A stretch of DNA of 63,567 nucleotides, the filler included, from Chiloscyllium plagiosum (taxonomy: Eukaryota): assembly GCF_004010195.1 (NCBI RefSeq). It is 5 parts of one record of this genome, joined end to end, with 100 filler letters (N's around TTAATTAATTAA, not from the genome) between each part and the next. Parts side by side here need not be neighbours in the genome. Positions count along the whole stretch, not along the records: positions 22,564 to 47,114 come from NC_057710.1; 4 more parts are not named here. One strand, given 5' to 3'. Positions 25,748-38,122 of the stretch are shown here, one piece after another. A program made the translations under genes and the position numbers. Every line of letters begins with the position of its first letter. Positions within the stretch are counted from its first letter, which is position 1. The notes beneath the pieces were generated by a model. That model searched no databases, was not told the DNA's origin, and was given only the letters and a program-made list of their open reading frames with translations.

Positions 25748-25799
25748 TAATTGTCTATAGGTTAGATCAAAGCTAGATGTTGCTATGATGTGCTGTAAT

Positions 25800-26135
25800 G
25801 AAACAAAGAACCATGGATACTGGAGTTCTGAAACAAACAGAAACATATTTTCTACCAGCAGGTCTGGTAGCATCTGTGAGAGAAATCAGAGTTAGAGTTT
25901 CAGATTCAGTGGCCCTTTCTCAGAACTGGAAGATGAAGTGTTGTTCCTTCAGCTTAGGTATTCTGCAAAGCGTACACCCAGACTGTATTTTGTTTCCTCA
26001 ACATAGAGCAGACCACATTGTGAACAGTGAATGCAGAAGAGAAGATTGAGTGAAGTGCAGGTAAATGGCTGCTTCACCTGGAAAGAGTGTCTGGAGCCTT
26101 GGTTAGTGAGGAGGGAGGAGGTAAACAGCAAGTAG
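25800..26135 (-). mobile_element. old Penelope 3' fragment (family D)
   Basis: FTCTSLNLLFCIHCSQCGLLYVEETKYSLGVRFAEYL, a GIY-YIG remnant. Confidence 0.78.
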
Positions 26136-26139
26136 GTGC

Positions 26140-26800
26140 TATAATGAATGTAAGTTGCAGCAATGCAAAGGCAAATGGTGTGCTGGCCTCCATAGCAATA
26201 GGATTGGAATACACCAGCAGGGATGTCTTGCTGCAGTTATACAGGGACTTGGTGCGACCTCACCTGAAGTATTGTGTGCAGTTTTGGAATCCTTATCTGA
26301 CAAAGTTAGTTCTAGCTATAGAGGGAGTGAAGCAAAGGTTCACCTGGGATAATAAGACAGATGTATGAAGAGAGAACTGATCAGTTAGGATTATATTTAC
26401 TGGATTTAGAAATTGAGGGGAAACCTAGGAAATTGTAACAGGACTAGGAAGAGTAAATGCAGGAAGGATGTTCCCAATGATTGGGGAATCCAGAACAAGG
26501 CATCACAGTTTGAAGGATATAGAGTTGGTCATTTAGGACAGAGATGAGGAGAAATGCCTTCACCCACAAAGTGACAAGCCCGAGGAATTCTCTGCCACAA
26601 AAAGTGTTTGAGGCTAAAACAGTGAATGTTTTCAAAAAGGAATTACATGTAGTTCTTAGAGCTAAAGGATGAAACGGTATCGGGGGAAAGCAGGAGCAGG
26701 GGACTGCGTCAGATAATCAGCCATGATCATATTGAATAACGGAGTAGGCTTGAAGGGCTGAATGGCCTACTCCAGCTCCTGTTTTCTATGTTTCTATGTA
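26140..26800 (+). mobile_element. CR1 LINE 3' fragment
   Basis: LLQLYRDLVRPHLKYCVQFWNPY. Tail TTCTATGTTTCTATG. Confidence 0.87.
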
Positions 26801-27701
26801 TAGAGTTGACATTAGAACCATCAAATTTTACAATAGAGAAGGAGGCCATTCAGCCCATTATGCCTGTTGGGCTTTGGTAGGAAGAGCCAATGAGTCCCAG
26901 CCACCTGCTTTTTCCCAAGAGCTCCATAGATTGTAACTGGAATATTCTGGAAGAATTGAGATTCATGAAGTTGAAAGACCTTTCTCATCCTGCTGACACG
27001 TGTATGTTACAAAATGCAGGCAGTCATCCACAGAGACTTTAGTTCAGAACAGGCTATTAAATCACCACCAGTCTTTAAGTTAGACTCTGACACTTCTAGT
27101 CATAGAAGCCAACATTTCTCTTAAAGTCTGCTGGCTGCTTTTTAATTTAAACAGAAAATTACTCCTGCTTTGAGACTCAGTACATGATCTATTAAATCCA
27201 AGTTGAAGTAGCCCCATTGTTAACTAAACATAATTCTACATGGTTGGGTCCAGTGTGTGCATTAGATTTTGAACAGTTTCATTGTTGAAACTTCCTTCAA
27301 AACAGAAATAAAGAAGAAATAATCGGGATTCATTTTGACAATGGTTAGAGCTTTCTTGTCTTATTAATTTCTGCTGATCTTCAGAGAATTCTCGTCAGTC
27401 CTGATCTCCAGTTTCAGTTCAGTTACACCCTGAGGCTTCTTGCCAATACTGCTCCTAGCTGGCTGTTTATATTCAAACGTTAACAGTCTGAGCAGGCAAT
27501 TCAACCATTTCCTCAGTGAGCAAATGTATCATGTCATAAACCCCATACTTCCGGTAAGATGGAGGTAGAGTAGGGCTTCTGAGCCTGGGGCTGGTTCGCT
27601 CCATCCACTTTTCCTTTCCTTTTTTTCTTTTCTTCTGTTTTATTTTACTTACTTTTTGTTGAAGTGCCTGGGAGCTCACAGCAATGACAGCAAAGGCATC
27701 G

Positions 27702-29428
27702 AGGCCCAGTGTGGACAGGTAGTGGTCAGTAAATAGTACCAGTGCGGGCTCGTGATGGTCAGTAAGTAGGCCCAGTGTGGACTCGTGGTGGTCAGTAAGT
27801 AGGCCCAGTATGGACTCGTGGTGGTCAGTAAGTAGGCCCAGTGCAGACTCATGGTGGTCAGTAAGTAGGCCCAGTGCAGACTTGTGGCGGTCAGTAAGTA
27901 GGCCCAGTGCAGGCTCGTGGTGGTCAGTAAGTAGGCCCAGTGCAGACTTGTGGCGGTCAGTAAGTAGGCCCAGTGCAGGCTCGTGGTGGTCAGTAAGTAG
28001 GCCCAGTGCAGACTCATGGCGATCAGTAAGTAGGCCCAGTCAGGACTCATTGTGGTCAGTAAGTAGGCCCAGTGCAGACTTGTGGTGGTCAGTAAGTAGG
28101 CCCAGTGCAGACTCATGATGGTCAGTAAGTAGGCCCAGTGCGGGCTGGTGGTGGTCAGTAAGTAGGCACAGTGCGGGCTCGTGGTGGTCAGTAAGTAGGC
28201 CCAGTGCGGGCTCGTGGTGGTTAGTAAATAGGCCCAGTGTGGACTCGTGGTGGTCAGTAAGTAGGCCCAGTGCAGACTCATGGTGGTCAGTAAGTAGGCC
28301 CAGTGCAGACTCATGATGGTCAGTAAGTAGGCCCAGTGCGGGCTTGTGGTGGTCAGTAAGTAAGCCCAGTGTGGACTCGTGGTGGTCAGTAAGTAGGCCT
28401 AGTGCAGACTCATGGTGGTCAGTAAGTAGGCCCAGTGCAGACTTGTGGTGGTCAGTAAGTAGGCACAGTGTGGACTCGTGGTGGTCAGTAAGTAGGCCCA
28501 GTGCAGACTCATGGTGGTCAGTAAGTAGGCCCAGTGTGGACTCGTGGTGGTCAGTAAGTAGGCCAGTGCGGGCTCGTGGTGGTCAGTAAATAGGCCCAGA
28601 GCAGACTCATGATGGTCAGTAAGTAGGCCCAGTGCAGACTCATGGTGGTCAGTAAGTAGGCCCAGTGCAGACTTGTGGTGGTCAGTAAGTAAGCCCAGTA
28701 TGGACTCGTGGTGGTCAGTAAGTAGGCCCAGTGCAGACTCATGGTGGTCAGTAAGTAGGCCCAGTGCAGACTTGTGGCGGTCAGTAAGTAGGCCCAGTGT
28801 GGGCTCGTGGTGGTCAGTAAGTAGGCCCAGTGCAGACTCATGGTGGTCAGTAAGTAGGCCCAGTCAGGAATCATTGTGGTCAGTAAGTAGGCCCAGTGCA
28901 GACTTGTGGTGGTCAGTAAGTAGGCCCAGTGCAGACTCATGATGGTCAGTAAGTAGGCCCAGTGCGGGCTCGTGGTGGTCAGTAAGTAGGCCCAGTGCAG
29001 ACTTGTGGCGGTCAGTAAGGAGGCCCGGTGTGGGCTCGTGGTGGTCAGTAAGTAGGCCCAGTGCAGACTCATGGTGGTCAGTAAGTAGGCCCAGTCAGGA
29101 CTCATTGTGGTCAGTAAGTAGGCCCAGTGCAGACTTGTGGTGGTCAGTAAGTAGGCCCAGAGCAGACTCATGATGGTCAGTAAGTAGGCCCAGTGCGGGC
29201 TCGTGGTGGTCAGTAAGTAGGCTCAGTGCGGGCTCGTGGTGGTCAGTAAGTAGGCCCAGTGCGGGCTCGTGGTGGTCAGTAAATAGGCCCAGTGTGGACT
29301 CATGGTGGTCAGTAAATAGGCCCAGTGCAGACTTGTGGTGGTCAGTAAGTAGGCCCAGTGTGGACTCGTGATGATCAGTAAGTACTCCCTGTGCGAATTC
29401 GTGGTGGTCAGTAAGTAGGCTTAGTGCA
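27702..29428. repeat. 33-bp minisatellite, about 52 copies
   Basis: Unit GGTCAGTAAGTAGGCCCAGTGCAGACTCATGGT with variants. 11-aa periodicity in both-strand ORFs. Confidence 0.97.
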
Positions 29429-29429
29429 A

Positions 29430-29820
29430 ACCATCTTCATCCGGCTCCAGGGAGGCACTCCAACAGGAGTAGCAGAAAGGAAGTGGTTCAAACATTCCCT
29501 GAAGGCTTCCCTCAAAACATGCACAAAGATGTCAAAGTGTGAAAGATCCTCGTTCAGCAGAAATTGATCTGGAGAAAGCTCTTGTATGAAGAAACACAAT
29601 CTTCCAGCACACCCCTCAGCAAGAGTAAGTACAGAAAAGAAACTGGAGCAAGGAAAGCCAATGATCTCACGACCAAGGACCACTCACGGAAACACCTGCC
29701 AAATGTGTGCTGGGAGATTCAGCTCTAAGACTGGGCTCATCAACCACACAAGGACGCATTGAGTCCATGACCAGTGACATGGAATTTCCGAGATTCATTA
29801 CAGAGTGACTGCCAATGAAA
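29430..29820 (+). mobile_element. RTE-clade LINE 3' end
   Basis: RKWFKHSLKASLK and the terminal C2H2 motif TCQMCAGRFSSKTGLINHTRTH* at about 29694-29762. Confidence 0.75.
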
Positions 29821-29821
29821 A

Positions 29822-30130
29822 TATTTAATTACATTAAGCTTCTCTAAATATCCTGCTCTTTCTTTATTAATAATGGACTCCAGCATTTTCCCAACAACAG
29901 ATGTTAGGCTAACTGGCCTATAGTTTCTTGTTTTCCATCTCTTCCCCTTCTTGAACAGGGGCATTACACTAGCAGGGTTCCAATCTGCTGGAACCCTTCC
30001 AGTATTCAGTGAGCTCTGGAATATTTCCACCAATGTTTCCATTATCTCTGCAGACACTTCCTTTAAAACTCTTGGATGCAGGCCACCAGGTCCTTTGGCA
30101 ATTTGTCTGCTTTTAGCCCCACTAGTTTGT
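29822..30130 (-). mobile_element. CR1 RT fragment
   Basis: EIFQSSLNTGRVPADW...PLFKKG...NYRPVSLTSVVGKMLESI. Confidence 0.88.
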
Positions 30131-30621
30131 GAAATACTGAAACTATGAGGTTTATATATGCTTTATAGCAATTTAAATGTCACTTACCACAAACTTGGGT
30201 TGTTGGAATTCTGCATTGTACATGCGGATTTGCCTGCATATTTGTAATTGATTATTCACTTTTGATGTAAAAACTACAATACTTAGAAGTGCAAGTGAGA
30301 GTAAGTAAGTAATCCAGAACTCTCAGCAAACTACCAGATTGCTTCGAGAGAGAATGTTCCAGATTCACTCAAGTCTGGGCTGGGAAGTCATTCAAGAGGG
30401 AAGCATTTGTCAATATGTTGAGAATTCCTTTGATAGAGTAACTTGTGATAAGCAACATTCCAATGAAAAAGACTTTAAAGTAATGAAATAGCTTAGAAGA
30501 AAAAGGTGTTATTAGTCCCAGACTGGAGTGTTGTGATCCAGGTTTTGGGGGGAGAACATTGAAGTTTGAAGTTAAGAAAATGGAGGTGCATCAAGGATAA
30601 TATAATATTGGAAGGAAACTG

Positions 30622-31265
30622 AGTCATAGAGTCATAGAGGTGTACAACATGGAAACAGACCCGTCAGTCTGTTTCTAGGCTGTACATGCCGACTAGATAT
30701 CCCAACCCAATCTAGTTCCATCTGCCAGCACCTGGCACACATCCCTCCAAACCCTTCCTATTCATATACCTATCCAGATGCCTTTTAAATGCTGTAATTG
30801 CATCAACCTCCACTACTTCCTCTGGCAGCTCATTCCACCCTCTACATGAAAAGGTTGCCCTGTAGGACTCTTTTATATCTTTCCACTCTCACCCTAAACC
30901 TATGCCCTCTACCTGTGACTATACTTTCAAGGAACTACGATCCTGCATTCCAATGTTTCTTTGTTCAGCAACATTCGCTAGGACCTTACCATTAAGTGTA
31001 TAAGTCCTGCTAAGATTTGCTTTCCCAAAATGCACAAACCTCGTATTTATCTAATTTCAACTCCATCTGCCACTCCTCAGCCCATTGGTTCATCTGATTA
31101 AGATCCCATTGTATTCCGAGGTAACCTTCTTCGCTGTCCACTACACCTCCAATTTTGACGTCACCTGCAAACCTACTAACTGCAACTCTTAAGCTCACAT
31201 CCAAATCATTTATATAAATGACAAAAAGTAGTGGACCCAGCACCAATCCTTGTGGCACTCCACAA
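30622..31265 (-). mobile_element. CR1 3' fragment (internally deleted) inserted into the 5' LTR
   Basis: PQGLVLGPLLFVIYINDL...SRFAGDVK. GAGTCATAGAGTCATAGAG tail. Confidence 0.88.
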
Positions 31266-31984
31266 GTCAGTAATAAAAGAAAAATAATTCAGAAAGTGAA
31301 ACCTAATGTTCCAGCAGAAGAGTTGAACATTTAATTACTTTAAATCCATCAAAGTATTGAAGCAGACAATTGGGAATGAGCTGGGCTGGGGGTGCAGTAT
31401 TGCATGCTCTTGAAATTGTAACAAGTTATACTATGCTTGAGTTATCTCTAATGTGTGTTTACAAGTCTTTGGATATATGTTATTTTAAAAAGTGTGATTT
31501 TTTTTTCCTTGTTTATCTTAATTTCTGTTGTTAATAAAATTCTGTTTTGGTTTACTGTTAAAACAAAACTGCAATATTCCATCTCTATCTTTGAGCAAGA
31601 GATCAGTTCAGTTAAAAAACATTATGATCATCCATCCAGGTTCACAGGGAGAGCTGACATGTCTGGTACCACTTAGACATTGTGTTGAAAGAAAATTTAA
31701 TGAACAACATTTGAAGATAGTTTTGAATTTTGCCAAGAGTTTTTCTGGAAGTGAAAAGTATGATAGGGATTGTTTAAAATCTTTGACTAAAGCTAATTAG
31801 GGAGTTAGAAGATAAATTGAACATAGAAGAAAAAGCGGAATCTCGTAAGGATGAGATGCTTCAAGAGTTTATACAACCATTTAGAGTTGGGAGAAAGAAA
31901 TCTCTAAATTGGGATATCGCAGCTGGAATTAGTTGCAATGAGTTTGAAATGAATAGATTAGAATTTGAGGAGAAGCAAATTTCT

Positions 31985-34620
31985 GAGGGACAGGATGTAC
32001 ATGTATTTGGATAGGCAAGGACTGATTAGGGATAGTTGATATGGCTTTGTGCGTGGGAAATCATGCCTCACAAACTTGATTGAGTTTTTTGAAGAAATGA
32101 AGAGGATTGATGAGAGCAAAGCAGTGCACGTGATTTATATGGACTTAATGACGTGTTCCTCATGGTGAACTGGTGAGCAAGGTTAGATCACATGGAAAAC
32201 AGGGAAAATGAGTCAATTGGATACAGAACGGGCTCAAAGGTAGAAAACAGAGGGTGGTGGTGGAGGGTTGCTTTTCAGACTGGAGGCCTGTAACCAGTGG
32301 AGTGCCACAAGGATCGGTGCTGGGTCCTTTACTTTTCATCATTTACATAAATGATTTGGATGTGAACATAGGAGGTATAGTTAGTAAGTTTGCAGATGAC
32401 ACCAAAATTGGAGGTGGAGTGGAGAGCGAAGAAGATTACCTCAGAGTATAATGAGGCCTTTATCAAATTGGCCAATGGGCTGAGGAGTGGCAGATGGACT
32501 TTAATTTAGGTAAATGTGAGGTGCTGCATTTTGGAAAGATAGATCAGAGCAGGACTTATACACTTATTGGTAAGGTCCTGTGGAATGTTGCTGAACAATG
32601 AGACCATGGATTGCAGGTTTTTGTCATTTATATAAATGATTTGGATGTGAGCTTAAGAGGTGCAGTTAGTAGGTTTGCAGGTGACGTCAAAATTGCAGAT
32701 GTAGTGGACAGCGAAGAAGGTTACCTCGGAATACAATGGGATCTTAATCAGATGAACCTTGCAAGTGGAGTCGCAGGTAGATAGGATAGTGAAGAAGGCA
32801 TTTGGTATGCTTTCCTTTATTGGTCAGAGTATTGAGTACAGGAGTTGGGAGGTCATGTTGTACAGGACATTGGGATTTGTCCTGTTTTTGAGTACAGAAC
32901 ATACCTGGTCAATATTCCACATGGTTGGGTAGATGCCAGCGTTGTAACTGTACTGGAAGAGCTTGGCTAGGGGAGTGGCAAGTTCTGGAGCACATGTTTT
33001 CAGTATTATTGATGGAATATTACATGCAATTCTGGTCTCCTTCCTATCGAAAGGATGTTGTGAAACTTGAAAGGGTTCAGAAAAGATTTACAAAGATGTT
33101 GCCAGGATTGGAGGATTTGAGCTATAGGGAAAGGCTCTTTTTTATTCATTTGTGGGCCTTGGACGTTGCTGGCTGGGCCAGCATTGATAGCCCATCCCTA
33201 CTTGCCCTTGAGAAGGTGTTGGCAAAAAGCCTTCTTGAATCGCTGTGGCCCACTTGCTGTGGGTTGACCCACAATGCCAGTTGGGAGGGAATTCCAGGAT
33301 TTATAACCTAATGACTATAAAGGAATGGCGGTATATTTCCAAGTCAGGGTGGTGAGTGGCTTGGAGGGGAACTTGCACCATTGCAGGTGGTGAGGGACTC
33401 CTGCAGAGATGTCCTGGAGGTGACATGACTGAACTCCACAACCACAACCATCTTCCTTTGTGGCAGATATGACTCTAACCAGCATGGTGTTTGCCCCCGA
33501 TACCATTAATTCCAGTTTTGCCAGGGCTCCTTGATGCCATACTCGGTCAAATATGGCCTTGATGTCAAGGCTGTCACTCTCACCTCCCCTCTGCAATTCA
33601 GCTCTTTTGTCCATGTTTGAACCAAGGCTGTAATGAGGTCACGAGCTGAGTGGCCCTGGCAGTACCCAAACAGGGCATCACTGAGCAGGTTATCGCTGAG
33701 CAGGTGGGGCTTGATATCACTGTTGTTGACACCTTCCATCACTTTCCTGATGATTGAAAGTAGACTGATGGGGGCGGGAATTGGCTGGGTTGGGATTTGT
33801 CCTGTTTTTGAGTACAGAACATACCTGGTCAATATTCCACATTGTTGGGTAGATGCCAGCGTTGTAACTGTACTGGAAGAGCTTGGCTAGGGGAGTGGCA
33901 AGTTCTGGAGCACATGTTTTCAGTATTATTGCTGGGATACTATCAGGACCCCATAGCTTTTGCAGTGTCCAGTGCCTCCAGCCATTTCTTGATATCACAT
34001 GGAGTAAATCGAATTGGCTGGAGACTGGTATCTGTAATGCTGGGGACCACTGGAGGAATCCAAGATGGATCATCCACTCAACACTTCTGACTGAAGATTG
34101 TTGTGAATGTATCACCTTATCTTTTGCACCGATGCGGTGGGCTCCTCCATCATTGAGGATGGTGATATTTGTGGAGCCTCCTCCCCAAGTGAGTTGCTTA
34201 GTTGTCCACCGGGCTGAATAGCCTGGGGCTGTTTTCTCTGGAGAGTCAACGCCTGCGAGGTGACTTATAGAGGTTTATGAAATCATGAGGAGCATGAATA
34301 GGATAAACAGACAGGGTCTTTTCCCTGGGGTGGGGGAGTCCAGAACTAGAGGGCGTAGGTTTAGGGTGAGAGGGGAAAGATATAAAAGAGATCCAAAGGG
34401 GCAACCTTTTCACTCAGAGGGTAGTACATGTATGGAATGAGCTGCCAGAGGAAGTGGTGGAGGCTGGTACAACTGCAGCATTTAAAAGGCATATGGATGA
34501 GTATATGAATAGGAAGGGTTTAGAGGGATATAAGCCAAGTGCTGGCAAACTGAACTATTTTAGGTTAGGATATCTGGTTGGAATGGACGAGTTGAACCAA
34601 AGGGTCTGTTTCTGTGCTGA
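31985..34620 (+). mobile_element. CR1 LINE RT to 3' end, interrupted by a second LINE
   Basis: [44 protein letters not shown]. 3' end at 34211-34620. Confidence 0.9.
33136..34210 (-). mobile_element. second CR1/L2-like LINE family, RT fragment + 3' UTR
   Basis: GPDSIPAIILKTCAPELATPLAKLFQYSY, PISLLSII.KVMEG, LDIKAIFDRVWHQGALAKL. Confidence 0.85.
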
Positions 34621-35627
34621 ATATCTCTCTGACTCTAAAATGAAAAATGGGGAATAATAGGAAGGGAGGACAGAGATTGGGAAAAGCAAAGGGAGATGGA
34701 ATTAACTTAAACCTCAAAGACAGAAGTAACTTAGAGAACACAAGATAGCAAAAGAAAAGCTTTGAACAAAGAGGTAGTGGCTCAGAAGATGATTCTGATT
34801 CCAATGAGGGATTTGATTTAACCAAGAACCTATCCTCAGTCCCTAACTTTAATGAGGATGGAGTTCAAAAGTATTTTGCTTTTCAAAAGTCATTTGAAAA
34901 CATAGGCAGATAAACAATTCAGCCAAAACAGATTTGAGTCTTAATGTGACAGAATGTTTTGAAGGTACAGCTATGCATAAGAACAACCTGCAAAATATGA
35001 GACTGTCAAAGCGAGAATCCTCAGGGCTTATGAGCTTGTGTCTGAAGCTTATCAATTGAAATTTAGAAGTGCAAGAAAGAAACATAATCAAACATTTGTG
35101 GAATTTGCAAGAGAGCAATAATTGCTGTGGAGTCAGTGGTTTACATCATACAAGTTACAAAATCAAATTTAGAGTGCAAGAGGAATTATGGTTATGGAAG
35201 AATTCAGAAATAACAAGACTGCAAGTCTAAAAACTAATTCAGATGAGTATCAAATATCAATTTTTGAAAATGTTTATCAAAATGGATGAAGGCAAAGAGA
35301 ATGAGGCTGAGATGTCTAACCCATTTTCATTTGTAAAAATATTCAAGTAATTGAAAAATGAATCTTAAATGCAAATTTCAAAAGTTAACACCCCAGTAAT
35401 TTGATTGGAAAACACAGAGGTGCTTAAAAGGTTGCATAGTATCATGTTTGATCTTCCAGAAATATGTCAAAATGACTTTCAAAGGTTCTTTACAGAATTA
35501 GAAAGCAATTTGTGGGCGTAGACCATGGAAAACTGTATTGGCTGTTTATCGCATTAATGTGGGGATTACATTACCCAGAAAGCTATATCCTGGACAATCT
35601 GTCCATATTTGCAACGAGAGTGTCTTT

Positions 35628-36305
35628 AGTGTCATAGAGTCATAGAAACAAATTCTTCAGCCCAACTCATCCATGCCGGCCAAGTTTCCTGATCTGAACT
35701 AGTCCCACTTGCTTTCGCTTGGCCCATATCCCTCTGAATGTTTGATATCCATGTATCAGTCGAAATGTCTTTTAAATATTGTAATTATATTCACCTCTAT
35801 CACTTCCTCTGACAGCTTGTTCTATGCACTCACCACCCTCTGTATGAAAATGTTGCCCCTTAGGTCCCTTTTAAATCTTTCCCCTTTCACCTTAGACTTA
35901 TGCTCTCTAGTTTTGGACTCCCCTACCCGGGGCAAAGACCTTGGCTTTCACCTATCCATGCCCCTCATGATTTTATAAACCTTTACAAGTTCACCTTTCA
36001 GCCTCCTATGCTCCAGGGAAAACAATCCCAGCCTACGCAGCATTTCATAGAACATAGAACATAGAACATAGAAGAATACAGCGCAGTACAGGCCCTTGGG
36101 CCCTCGATGTTGCGCCGATCCAAGCCCACCTAAACTACACTAACCCACTATCCTCCATATACCTATCCAATGCCCTCTTAAATGCCCATAAAGAGGGAGA
36201 GTCCACCACTGTTACTGGCAGGGCATTCCATGAACTAACGACTCGCTGAGTGAAGAACCTACCCCTAACATCAGTCCTATATCTACCCCCCCTTAATTTA
36301 AAGCT
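35628..36305 (-). mobile_element. two adjacent CR1 3'-end fragments
   Basis: Tails GTCATAGAGTCATAG (about 35630) and (CATAGAA)n (about 36046). Confidence 0.85.
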
Positions 36306-37782
36306 ATAATCTCTCTAAGTAGAGTTGTAATATTGTCACTGATCAAAAACGGCAACAAATGAGCAACAAATTGCTCTTTCCAATACAACCGTGAAATTTG
36401 CCCTCAAGCAAATGATGGATGTGTGCAGAGTTGCATATGATAATGAATAAAATAAGCAAAGCATTTTCAACATGAAATCAGCATTGTCTGTCAAAGGCCA
36501 CCATTAATGCTATTTTGTATTGCAAAAGCGCTGAAGAATGGGAAATTAAAACCTGAGTGATATAAAACTTCACAAAACTATATTGGAAGCAACTAAGGAG
36601 ACTGAACTATCTGCAAGTTTGTTATTTCTTGATGGAGGACAGAATACTATGCCAAAACAGAATAATCCGGGTAAACAAACCAAACTGGAAGCAGATGAAA
36701 ATTTCATTACGAGGCTGGTATATGTGCGGTTTGTGGTGTGAGCTTTGCAGAAGACACAAAGGAACTGGACAACACTTTGAATTTCGCCACAAAGCTCCAA
36801 GCTCCATAATGAAGCCACAGCACTTAGAGAGTGAAAAACAGGACAGAATTCTCAAGTTGTTACAATTAATAATGATTCTCGGAATGGAGAGACAGTAGTG
36901 AGCAAGAGTGAGCTAATTAGACCTGGAAGGATAAATCGAGCAGCCGAGGGAAGTACCTTATCACTGTGCTTTGTTGCCAAGTTTTAATCTCCAGCGGCAT
37001 GTTGCTTCTGATACTTGGCTACATTACACTGACGCAAGAATTTCTGTCCAAGGACTAGTGACCAAGGGTGGAGTTCAATATTTAACCTTTGAATACAATC
37101 TGATTATCAACAGGCACAGTTCACATTCTTGGATGCTCAATGGACCGTCTGACCCTGCTCCAAGTGAATCCACATCACATTGACTCTCCATTGCAACAAA
37201 ATGACATCTGTCGGATGCAAAGGGATCAGGAAATTGCAAATGATCTAATTGAAAAAGTGCTATACTGTTTAGAAAGTGCACTTTTAGCCTGTTGAATAGA
37301 AATACCCAGTTACATTATTGATAAGTTGATAACAGTTTATAAGTGCGTGACACTTCTACCGAAAGTTTAGGTAAGCTCATCCTCAGACTGGAAACTGAGA
37401 GAGATCTACTAGGTGCCTCATGAATTATTGATTGTTTGGGGAGCACAGTGTGCTTTCCTGATATGACTCTATATGGAATGGGTCTGTCGCAGCTTTTGTA
37501 TTCTCCATCGCACTCGCTTTTTACCACCTAAGTCTCTGAAAAGATCTGTCAGATATGGAGCACTCTCAAAAGCAAGAGTATCAAATACAAAATGTACAAA
37601 ATGATCCATTATGCTTCCAAGTGTACTAATGCCATTACTGGATCTTTACAGTGTGGAAGCACATCAAGCTATGTTGTCACACACACATCTTGGATATGAA
37701 GTGTAGGCATGGTGGCCAAGTGCACTGAAGCAGTTTGCAACAATATTTATTGGAAGGAACTGGGTGCTTTGCTAAAAATGAT

Positions 37783-38122
37783 AGAAACATAGAATCCCTA
37801 CAGAGCAGGAAGAGGCCATTCGGCAACATCAAGTCTATAACAATCCTCTGAAGAACATCCCACCCAGACCTAGCCCCATAACCCTGTCCCTGTAACCTTG
37901 CATTTCCCATGTATAATTCACCTAGCATGCACATCCCTGGACACTACGAGACAATTTAAGATGGCCAATCCACCTAACCTGCACATCTTTGGACTGTGGG
38001 AAGAAACCGGAGGACTCGGAGGAAACCCGTGCAGACACAGGGAGAATGTGCAAACTCTACACAGACAGTCACCAAAGACTGGAATTAAACCAGGTCTCTG
38101 GCCCTGTGAAGGCAGCAGCGCT
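37783..38122 (-). mobile_element. HE1-like SINE
   Basis: CTAACCTGCACATCTTTGGACTGTGG...AGAATGTGCAAACTC. Confidence 0.86.

Noticed and set aside
27676..29171. Long ORFs of 11-aa repeats (TTSLHWAYLLT / SADSWWSVSRP) as a protein
   Set aside because: They follow trivially from a 33-bp unit lacking stops in those frames. The frames are broken by a stop variant and a 1-bp deletion near 28562, and there is no gene structure.
27702..29428. CRISPR-like array (constant core plus variable part)
   Set aside because: The variable parts are only 13 nt and are point variants of one sequence, not unique spacers. There are no cas genes and the context is vertebrate.
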